32,000 nt of DNA from NCBI GenBank assembly GCA_964586355.1, contig CAZPGO010000043.1, forward strand, positions 10,427 to 42,426. The letters are read 5' to 3'. Shown in pieces: positions 25,412 to 32,000 of the stretch (its first letter is position 1; each line of letters starts with the position of its first letter). This stretch comes from an uncultured archaeon (GTDB taxonomy: Archaea > Iainarchaeota > Iainarchaeia > Iainarchaeales > CSSED10-239). The notes under the pieces were generated by a model. That model was not told the DNA's origin. It saw only the letters and a program-made list of their open reading frames with translations, and did no database searches. Both the position numbers and the translations under genes were made by a program.

Positions 25412-28400
25412 TTATCTTTTTTTAATTGCATTTAAAATATAATCATAATCTTGTTGAAACTGTTCTTCACTAGCTTTACTATTTTTTGGAGGTGGTGTTT
25501 CTTTTTTTGTTTCTGTTTTTTGGTTTGTTTCTGTTTCTGATTTTCCTAAATAATCATTCATCATAGAACCAGTATCTGGTTTTATCATGTTTTTTATATC
25601 TCTATCTCTTTTTGATTTAAAAATAATACCAATAATTACTAATAAAGACAATAACACAAACAGAGCAATTACTAAATAAATTATTATTTTTGTATTTAAT
25701 GGTTTTGTAATTGTAATCTGTTCAGCAATTACTTCCCCACTTAAAACAACAGGATCTGTAAAAAATATTCTAGAATATTTGGTAGCGACATCTACATCTG
25801 TTATTATGTTTTTGTTTTTATAGTTTAAAGTAACATTTGATTTTGCTGGGATGGTATAAGAATAAGAGACTATGGGATCTCTTAATAAAATAGTTACTGG
25901 CTTAGAAAATATTAAATCAGAGGCATCATTTGCAAAAGATTTTGGAACGTCTTCAATAATTGTAATTGTTTGATCAAAATCACTATTATTTTTTATAGAA
26001 AGTATTACTGCAAAATATTTGTTTTGACCTATTTGCTGAACCACAAAATTTCTGTCAACAGAAATTGCTGCACTTTCATATAGTTTGTTTGTATCTCTTA
26101 AAATGTTTGCATCAAAAACATATTTAGAAACAATATTAAAGTTATTAATATCGTAATTTGTTGTAATTGGGGTGTTTTTTATTTGTTTTTCTTCTGGTAG
26201 TTGATCTATAATTGTTGTGTGCTGAGTGGATATTTCAGAATACTTTGTTTTTGCATCAACAAACTTATTTTGATCATACAAAAGGTCTGCAACTTCTTTT
26301 TGTTCTTTTAAATTTTGAAGTTGTGTTTTTAGATCTTCTGGCAAAACTATTAACAAATCTTCTAAAACAAATATTTTTTCTTCAAGATCTATAAGATCTG
26401 TGGTTAGTTTTTCTTTTAAAAAAGTTGAGCTTTCTTTGTCTTCATCTACATTATTAATAACAAAAGTAATTTCTTTTTTTGTAACATTTAATGCTTTATC
26501 ATACCCATAAACAAACAAAACATAATCTCCATCAGAATAAGATAACGTATCAAATTCACAAGCAAAGGTTTCTGATTGATTTTTTTCTACAATACATATT
26601 TCTTCATTATCATTTAAGAGATATTGAAGTCTAAAAAGATCTTCTGAAAAATTATTAGCATCTAAATTTATTGTTGTATTTTCCCAAACTAAATTCACAT
26701 CAAAAATAGGCAAATTTGAATCAACTATAAAATCAAAGATATTTTCAGCAGTTTCATTTTGGAGATTTTTTCCACTTATCTTTAATTCTGATTCTCCATT
26801 ATTATTAAAATCATAAGTTGTAGAAATATTTTTGCCTGTTTTTGTAATACTTAATATTTTTGAGATGTTTCCTGTTTTTAGAGTAACAATTGGATTAGCA
26901 CTAAGCTCTTGATCACTAATAAAATTTATATTTTTTAAACCTCTTCCAACATATAAAACACCATTAACATCATTAGAAGGAACAATACTTAAAGTAAATG
27001 TTGGACCATATCTTCTTGCTTGTGCTGATTTTTCAGAACTTAGGTTTGATTCATTGCCAGCATCATCTATTGCTGAGATCTTAAAATAAAACATAGATTG
27101 TTCATTTGGGTTAAAAATAGTTTGAAGATCATCTGTTTCTAGATATAAATCGCTTTTTGTAACTCCTGTTTGTTTAGAATAATAAACCCTATATTTAATA
27201 TCATCACTTAGATTATCATCACTAGAAGACCAAGATAATTTTATAGATCCATTTGTTTGAGTTGTTGCTGTAAAATTTATGGGGATTGTTGGTGCTGTTG
27301 CATCATATATTATTTCGTCGCTACATATTGTTGTATAGTAGGGATCATCTTCACTTTTTACTTTTAGATATATTGTTTTTTCTTCTTGCCTATTATTACA
27401 TCCTGTTCCACTTATAATATTAAAGGCATAATCATCATCGTCAATATCTATAAAACTAGTAAAAGAAGTACCATTACAACTAAAAGCAAATAAATTAACA
27501 TCATCTGAAAATTCTAATTCCATTTGCGGAGTTGCAGATTTTGTAAACTTATCGCCATCAGCAATCTCTATAGAACAACTTGGACCTGTGTGAATATATT
27601 CTGAATTGACATCACTTTTATTTCCTGCAAAATCTATTGCAGAAACACCATAGTATATTCTTGAATTTGAGGGTTTTGAAGTTGTATCTTCACAGGTTTT
27701 ACTCTCACTTGCTAAAACTGTACAGATTAGTGTTTGGGTGGTTACTGGAGTAAATGAACTACTAGATCTATAAACTTTATACTCTTTTACTCCTGATAAA
27801 TCATCTGTTACTGCATCCCAAGTAAGAGTTACATTTTTATCAGCATCTATTGAAAGTGTTTTGATATCTGGAATTTCTGGTGCTGCTTTATCAATAACAA
27901 CATTAAAATCTAATTCTAATAAATTGTCTAAATTATCCATAACATTTAGATATATAACAAAAGTATCGTCTGTTTGCCAAGTGGATCCTAGGAGTGGTGT
28001 AAAAGTAATATAAAAAGTATCTGTTAAGGAATTAAAATTACCGCTTACTATTCTATCATCAGGTAATCTTATAGAATAAAAAGTACTTGGAGAGTCTGAA
28101 TCTATTCCTGAAACATCTGATACAGGTATATTAAGATCAAAGGCATCACTTTTATTAACATAAATTACAGAATCATCATCAACAGCTCCTAAATTTGTTT
28201 CTTCAAATTCTGGAGTTGAATTATCAAAATAAACTAGTCTTTTTGTGTTTAAAACAGATGTATTTAAAACCAAATTTCCCGCAATATCATTTGCATCTAA
28301 TAAAACATAGTAGTTACCATCAGGTATTTCTAGATCAATAGAATTAATTGAGATGCTTACAGATGTGTTTATATCTATTATTTTTTTTGTGTATTGTGTC

Positions 28401-28972
28401 AAATAATTAGTTTCTAAGCCAACTGGCACCACATAAACTATTTGCTTATCAATATATGTGCTAGAATCAGCTGCAGGAGCTACATTAACAGAGATTGTTT
28501 TTGAATAGAAATCATTATACTTTTCTCCGGTTGTATTTGTTATGGAATTTATTGTACCTGCTGTTGGTTTAATATTATCAAAAGTTAAGGAATCTGATTT
28601 TCCTTGACCATCGGTGTCTGAAACTGTTATTGTATCATAATTATTTATAATTATTATAGGTGTACCATAGGAATCATAACTAGATTCACTAGCAGTGGTG
28701 CTCATATAAAAACTACCACTAAAATTAGTGCCAATGACAACAACATTAAAATCTAGACCAGTTGAGTCTTTTTGTGATTTTATATTTAATAATATTTTGT
28801 TATCTGTAATTCCGTCTGTATTTGATAAAGTCCCAGTAATGTGCTGAACTTGTATTGTGTTAGTATATTCATCAGTAATACTTAGTGTGGAAATAGTATA
28901 TGCAAAAATAGAATTTTGCAAGAATACACAAAATATTAAAGTTATTAAAAATAATAAATGTTTTTTGGACAT
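25412..28972 (-). CDS. Large cell-surface protein (signal peptide, FN3/Ig-like repeats, C-terminal TM anchor plus cytoplasmic tail); S-layer or adhesin candidate
   Basis: 1186-aa ORF with the signal peptide MSKKHLLFLITLIFCVFLQNSIFA. FN3-like modules are present (LTWDAVTDDLSGVKEYKVYRS...SAIDFAGNKS; LSWSSSDDNLSDDIKYRVYYS...SAIDDAGNES). A TM helix, IIIYLVIALFVLLSLLVIIGIIF, lies near the C-terminus and is followed by a basic/Thr-rich tail. Confidence 0.75.
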   Translation of the reverse strand: MSKKHLLFLITLIFCVFLQNSIFAYTISTLSITDEYTNTIQVQHITGTLSNTDGITDNKILLNIKSQKDSTGLDFNVVVIGTNFSGSFYMSTTASESSYDSYGTPIIIINNYDTITVSDTDGQGKSDSLTFDNIKPTAGTINSITNTTGEKYNDFYSKTISVNVAPAADSSTYIDKQIVYVVPVGLETNYLTQYTKKIIDINTSVSISINSIDLEIPDGNYYVLLDANDIAGNLVLNTSVLNTKRLVYFDNSTPEFEETNLGAVDDDSVIYVNKSDAFDLNIPVSDVSGIDSDSPSTFYSIRLPDDRIVSGNFNSLTDTFYITFTPLLGSTWQTDDTFVIYLNVMDNLDNLLELDFNVVIDKAAPEIPDIKTLSIDADKNVTLTWDAVTDDLSGVKEYKVYRSSSSFTPVTTQTLICTVLASESKTCEDTTSKPSNSRIYYGVSAIDFAGNKSDVNSEYIHTGPSCSIEIADGDKFTKSATPQMELEFSDDVNLFAFSCNGTSFTSFIDIDDDDYAFNIISGTGCNNRQEEKTIYLKVKSEDDPYYTTICSDEIIYDATAPTIPINFTATTQTNGSIKLSWSSSDDNLSDDIKYRVYYSKQTGVTKSDLYLETDDLQTIFNPNEQSMFYFKISAIDDAGNESNLSSEKSAQARRYGPTFTLSIVPSNDVNGVLYVGRGLKNINFISDQELSANPIVTLKTGNISKILSITKTGKNISTTYDFNNNGESELKISGKNLQNETAENIFDFIVDSNLPIFDVNLVWENTTINLDANNFSEDLFRLQYLLNDNEEICIVEKNQSETFACEFDTLSYSDGDYVLFVYGYDKALNVTKKEITFVINNVDEDKESSTFLKEKLTTDLIDLEEKIFVLEDLLIVLPEDLKTQLQNLKEQKEVADLLYDQNKFVDAKTKYSEISTQHTTIIDQLPEEKQIKNTPITTNYDINNFNIVSKYVFDANILRDTNKLYESAAISVDRNFVVQQIGQNKYFAVILSIKNNSDFDQTITIIEDVPKSFANDASDLIFSKPVTILLRDPIVSYSYTIPAKSNVTLNYKNKNIITDVDVATKYSRIFFTDPVVLSGEVIAEQITITKPLNTKIIIYLVIALFVLLSLLVIIGIIFKSKRDRDIKNMIKPDTGSMMNDYLGKSETETNQKTETKKETPPPKNSKASEEQFQQDYDYILNAIKKR

Positions 28973-29139
28973 GTTTTCATCTTTTTTTATTTGTTATAAT
29001 TTTATCAATATATATTTAAGTTTATATCTTTATAAATATATATTTAAGCTAATAAAATATTAGATTATAACCTTTAAAAAGAAAACGATTTTTAAAAATC
29101 TTTAAAAATTAAAAAATATATTTTAAATTTGAAAAAAAA

Positions 29140-29865
29140 ATGATTAGAGAAGTAATATTAAACGAAAAAAGAATAACTTTTATAGGTACGGCACATATCT
29201 CCAAAGAAAATGCTCTACAAGTAAAAGAAATAATTGAAACAAAAAAACCTGATGTTGTTTGTGTGGAACTAGATAAACAAAGACTTTATGCTTTATTAAA
29301 TAAAGACAAGATAAAAAAACCTAAGATCACAGCAGTATTTAGATCTAAAAAACCATCTGTTTTTTTACTTTCTTATGTGCTTTCAGGGATACAAGGAAAA
29401 CTTGCAAAAAAGTATAATGTTAATGCTGGAGATGAAATGCTTTTAGCTATAGATAGTGCAAAAAAAGTGAATTCTAAAATTGCTCTAATTGATAGAGATA
29501 TTAATATTACTCTTTTAAAGCTTATTAAGAATCTAACCTTCAAAGAAAAATTTAAAGTTTTGTTTAGTGGTTTTTATGTTCCTAAAAAAGATCTTAAAAA
29601 TATTAATATAGATGCATTACTAAAAGATGTTGAAGAAGGTAAAGAAAATTCTGATATGATTGAATATATTTTACAGATATTTACAAAACAGCATAAGAAA
29701 CTTAAAGAAATATTAATTGATCAAAGAGATCAGTTTATGGCATACCAATTACAAAACATACCAGGAGAAGAAATTGTTGTGGTTGTTGGTGCTGGGCATG
29801 TTAATGGGATTATAAATAATTTAAATAACAAAATAGATCTTAAAAAAATATTAACAGTTACTTAA
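29140..29865 (+). CDS. TraB/PrgY-family protein
   Basis: 241-aa ORF. The blocks ITFIGTAHISKEN, DVVCVELD and VVVVGAGHVNG are the conserved TraB-family histidine/glutamate blocks. Confidence 0.8.
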   Translation: MIREVILNEKRITFIGTAHISKENALQVKEIIETKKPDVVCVELDKQRLYALLNKDKIKKPKITAVFRSKKPSVFLLSYVLSGIQGKLAKKYNVNAGDEMLLAIDSAKKVNSKIALIDRDINITLLKLIKNLTFKEKFKVLFSGFYVPKKDLKNINIDALLKDVEEGKENSDMIEYILQIFTKQHKKLKEILIDQRDQFMAYQLQNIPGEEIVVVVGAGHVNGIINNLNNKIDLKKILTVT

Positions 29866-30583
29866 AATAACTGTCTTTTACAATATTTAAGTAAGCACCA
29901 AGGGTTTGAATCTTTGGGACTAATCCAGATAATCTTCCACCGACAACAACTCTTCCAAGTTTTATTTCTTTTAATAGTTCTGATTCTGAGGTTGCGTTTG
30001 CTATTAGATATCCGTTACCTATCTCGTGTGGCATATGGGCATCAGAACCAGCTGTTTGCAAAAGATAATTTTTTTTTGCAAATTCTTCTGCTTTTTTATT
30101 TGTTTTAGGTTTATAAACTCTTGAATTAAATGTTTCCATTGCTGGAATATATTTTGAAAGAGGCATGTCTTTTGAAAGAATATCAAATCCTAAAAATTTT
30201 CTGCCATAATCAAATGGGTGTGGAATTGATAATAATGCTGCTTGTGATTTTGCTTCGTCTATCACATCAAAAATATCCACAGATTCAATCTTATCATAAG
30301 TAAACAAAGCCAGAATATGACCTATTTTTTTTCCTTGATAAGTTACTGTCACTTCTTGTCCTGAAATAAATATTAAACCATTATCTTTACAAAGAGTGTG
30401 TGTTTCTGACCAACCTCTTATTGTATTGTGGTCTGTTAGTGCAATTCCTTTTAGGCCAGTAGCCAATGCTTTTTTTACAATTGTTTTTGGTTCATTTACT
30501 GCACAAGGAGAATATTTACTATGAATATGCAGATCAAATTTATTATAATTTTTTTTATTCTCAATAGATTTATTTTCTATCAT
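29858..30583 (-). CDS. PHP-domain metal-dependent phosphoesterase
   Basis: 241-aa ORF with the PHP histidine/aspartate motifs FDLHIHSKYS, ALTDHN, IPHP and GSDAH. It converges on the TraB gene with an 8-nt overlap. Confidence 0.8.
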   Translation of the reverse strand: MIENKSIENKKNYNKFDLHIHSKYSPCAVNEPKTIVKKALATGLKGIALTDHNTIRGWSETHTLCKDNGLIFISGQEVTVTYQGKKIGHILALFTYDKIESVDIFDVIDEAKSQAALLSIPHPFDYGRKFLGFDILSKDMPLSKYIPAMETFNSRVYKPKTNKKAEEFAKKNYLLQTAGSDAHMPHEIGNGYLIANATSESELLKEIKLGRVVVGGRLSGLVPKIQTLGAYLNIVKDSYFK

Positions 30584-30702
30584 AATTACTCATATTAATT
30601 TTATAATATTAATTTCCTAATAATATATATATATAATAGATATATAAAACTTTTTAATTATCAAAACTTTAAAAAAATAATGAAAAGTTAAGAATTAAGA
30701 AA

Positions 30703-30858
30703 TAGTTTGTTTAGGAAGGGGAAATTCATACAACTTTCTGCTATCTAGCCTAGTTTAAGCATAATTTCCCCACCGGTCCTTTTACCCTGGTTAAAAACCA
30801 GCTCATGTTCTAACAGCCCCTATCATATCGCCCCCTAGATGAAACTAACGGTTTTTTT
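30703..30858 (+). ncRNA. Candidate structured RNA of unknown class (three-helix fold; possibly a divergent 5S-like RNA)
   Basis: This is a GC-rich island inside an AT-rich 518-bp gap, and no frame stays open beyond about 25-30 codons. The closing helix pairs 30703-30715 with 30834-30847 (12 bp including one G-U, with a small internal loop). A 9-bp helix pairs GGGGAAATT (30718-30726) with AATTTCCCC (30763-30771). A hairpin pairs CTGGT with ACCAG (30787-30801). A T7 run at 30852-30858 follows the element, and TTTAAAAA lies about 30 nt upstream. The strand is assigned from the T-run only. Confidence 0.4.
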
Positions 30859-31101
30859 GCTCCTATTTTTTCAAACCATTTATTTCCTTATTTATCTTGT
30901 ATCTACAAAATCCAATATAATTATACATCTCTAGGTTTATATAAATAAAGTAGATTTACATGTACTAAAAAGAACAAAATAAATGAAAGTAATGTTCCAA
31001 AAAACAACCCTCTTTGTTTATTGCTTTAAAAAACTAGTTTGTTTTAATTAACAAAACATAATTACTTTATACATTAAAATTTATCTAAAATAATAAAAAA
31101 A

Positions 31102-31632
31102 TTAAATAAAAATTAATAAAATTAAATAAATAACGGTATTATACAAAAGATGTGCTAAATAATTAGGCCAGATAGATTTTGTTTTTATATAATACCAAGA
31201 AAGCAAAATACCTAAAAAGAAAGCACCTAGTAACTGAATTAGAGAACCATAACCAATATGAGCTATAGCAAAAATAAGACTAGAAAAGAATGGACCGATT
31301 TTTGGAATTAAAAAAGCTCTAAAAAACCATTCTTCTAAAAACACTCTTACAATAAACATATATACTAAAATAAACAATGGAATTTTTAGTATCTCTTCTC
31401 CAACTAAATTAAGATCTGAGATATTAAAAAATATAGAAAGAGCACTAATAGTATAACTTAAAACAAAAAGCAAAAAAAAAAGTATTAATGTATGTTTAAC
31501 AACTTCTTTAAAACTTATTTTTCTTAAACCTAAGGATAAAATAAGATCTTTAAGATTTTTTTTTGGATTAAATAATATTAAAAAATAAATAGGGATTATA
31601 AAAAGTAAAATGTCTAATCCAAATTCAATCAA
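31102..31632 (-). CDS. CPBP-family (CAAX/Abi) intramembrane glutamic protease
   Basis: 176-aa polytopic ORF with the motifs EEWFFRAF (EExxxR), FAIAHIGY (FxxxH) and HLLYN (HxxxN). It has a TTG start preceded by TGTGAT 6 nt upstream. Confidence 0.8.
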   Translation of the reverse strand: MIEFGLDILLFIIPIYFLILFNPKKNLKDLILSLGLRKISFKEVVKHTLILFFLLFVLSYTISALSIFFNISDLNLVGEEILKIPLFILVYMFIVRVFLEEWFFRAFLIPKIGPFFSSLIFAIAHIGYGSLIQLLGAFFLGILLSWYYIKTKSIWPNYLAHLLYNTVIYLILLIFI

Positions 31633-31653
31633 AAAAAATCACAATAAAATCTT

Positions 31654-31875
31654 TTACTCCCAGATGTTCATGCCACATTTACCACAAGCAAATCTGGTTT
31701 TTCCTTCTTTTGTTTTATGGGCACCCATCTTTACACCAGTGCCACATTTAGGACAATCTCTTCCTAATCTTGAAACATCCTCTCCTTCTACTTTGTAAAA
31801 TTTACTTACTTTTATTTTAACGCTTGGTGTGTGTTTAGTTTTTCCTTTTTTAACACCGCTTCCTTTTTTTCCCAT
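31654..31875 (-). CDS. rps27ae: Ribosomal protein eS31 (S27ae)
   Basis: The zinc ribbon is CPKCGTGVKMGAHK...FACGKCG, preceded by KFYKVEGE. The track ORF begins at a TTG at 31881. The ATG at 31873-31875 follows GAGGT by 10 nt and is the more likely start. Confidence 0.85.
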   Translation of the reverse strand: MGKKGSGVKKGKTKHTPSVKIKVSKFYKVEGEDVSRLGRDCPKCGTGVKMGAHKTKEGKTRFACGKCGMNIWE

Positions 31876-31902
31876 AATCAATCAAACCTCTTTTAAAAAT
31901 TA

Positions 31903-32000
31903 TTATTCTTTTTTTACTTCTTCTTTAGGAGCTTCTTCTTTTACTTCTTCTTTAGGAGCTTCTTCTTTTACTTCTTCTTTAGGAGCTTCTTCTTTTACTT
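31903..32000 (-). CDS. C-terminal end of a protein with KEEAPKEEV nonapeptide repeats (gene continues beyond the right edge)
   Basis: The minus-strand frame is open from the window edge to a TAA at 31903-31905 and reads ...(KEEAPKEEV)x3-KKE*. It lies directly upstream of rps27ae on the same strand. In many archaea that position is held by rps24e, but nothing diagnostic is visible here. Confidence 0.45.
   Translation of the reverse strand, partial: VKEEAPKEEVKEEAPKEEVKEEAPKEEVKKE
31916..32000. repeat. Tandem 27-bp repeat (acttcttctttaggagcttcttctttt), 3 full copies plus a partial copy cut by the window edge
   Basis: Perfect copies are read directly at 31916-31942, 31943-31969 and 31970-31996. 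The period is a multiple of 3 and the repeat lies inside the open frame. Confidence 0.9.

Noticed and set aside
29007-29048. 14-bp direct repeat aatatatatttaag x2 in the divergent promoter region between the surface-protein gene and the TraB-family gene
   Set aside because: It is pure A/T TATA-like sequence in a very AT-rich spacer. Chance or overlapping TATA boxes explain it adequately, and there is no further evidence for an operator.
29140-29865. The TraB/PrgY-family gene as evidence for a conjugative or pheromone system
   Set aside because: Despite its name, the family is widespread as a single housekeeping-like gene in archaea. No other conjugation, relaxase or type IV secretion genes are visible nearby.
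30787-30801. The hairpin CTGGT-TAAAA-ACCAG inside the GC-rich island, considered as a tRNA anticodon or T arm (split or permuted tRNA half)
   Set aside because: There is no TTCRANY T-loop, no D-arm and no acceptor pairing on either strand. The loop sizes do not fit a tRNA.
1100-31798. Remaining short track ORFs lying antisense to or inside larger genes: 1100..1288, 3202..3402, 5232..5456, 8581..8823, 9667..9900, 13542..13772, 13874..14317, 14704..14934, 15025..15249, 16066..16305, 17536..17748, 18032..18223, 19543..19773, 21223..21477, 23980..24276, 26212..26394, 28857..29063, 29914..30108, 31610..31798
   Set aside because: Each is fully or largely embedded in the opposite strand of a longer ORF with recognisable motifs. 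Their translations are Leu/Phe/Ser/Ile-rich shadow sequences without recognisable domains or ribosome-binding sites.
31916-32000. Tandem repeats considered as a possible CRISPR array or satellite
   Set aside because: The units abut without spacers, the period is 27 bp (9 codons), and they sit in an open frame ending in a stop. This is a coding nonapeptide repeat, not a CRISPR array.
1-32000. Search for defence or mobile hallmarks: cas genes, CRISPR repeats, restriction-modification, toxin-antitoxin pairs, a DGR reverse transcriptase with template/variable repeats, integrase or transposase
   Set aside because: None of the ORFs shows the corresponding catalytic motifs by eye, and no spaced repeat array is present. 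The only mobile-element-like signal is the 37-bp direct repeat, which is reported separately.

Overview
This is a strongly AT-rich, gene-dense chromosomal segment from an archaeon, probably a small-genome DPANN-type lineage. That assignment is an inference from three things: archaeal-type housekeeping genes, GGAGGTGA-like Shine-Dalgarno sites, and a tRNA-Ile with a UAU anticodon. Recognisable genes are hjc, pth2, kae1, cysS, asnS, ileS, a thermosome subunit, an OB-fold SSB/RPA-like protein, a histone-fold protein, a NOL1/NOP2/Sun m5C RNA methyltransferase, an alpha/beta hydrolase, a geranylgeranyl reductase, a TraB-family protein, a PHP phosphoesterase, a CPBP intramembrane protease and ribosomal protein eS31 (S27ae). 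There are three tRNA genes: Ile-UAU, Ile-GAU and Gln-UUG. I saw no CRISPR array, integrase, transposase, reverse transcriptase or rRNA operon. The points most worth follow-up are listed here. (1) A self-contained micro-operon encodes two hyper-acidic mini-proteins (54 and 32 aa) that the ORF track misses, next to the histone-fold gene. (2) A GC-rich, non-coding, roughly 145-nt element with a three-helix fold and an oligo-T tail is a candidate structured RNA, possibly a divergent 5S-like RNA. (3) Two tandem secreted proteins carry murein-hydrolase-like domains (SLT-like plus NlpC/P60-like) in an organism that should lack murein. (4) A 37-bp perfect direct repeat brackets a two-gene cassette. 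(5) tRNA-Ile(UAU) is present, and both tRNA-Ile genes share a U6-U67 acceptor mismatch. (6) A single in-frame TAA separates the m5C methyltransferase from a PUA-like ORF. (7) A cell-envelope gene cluster is built around a 1186-aa FN3-rich surface protein. All functional calls rest on motif recognition by eye, with no database search.
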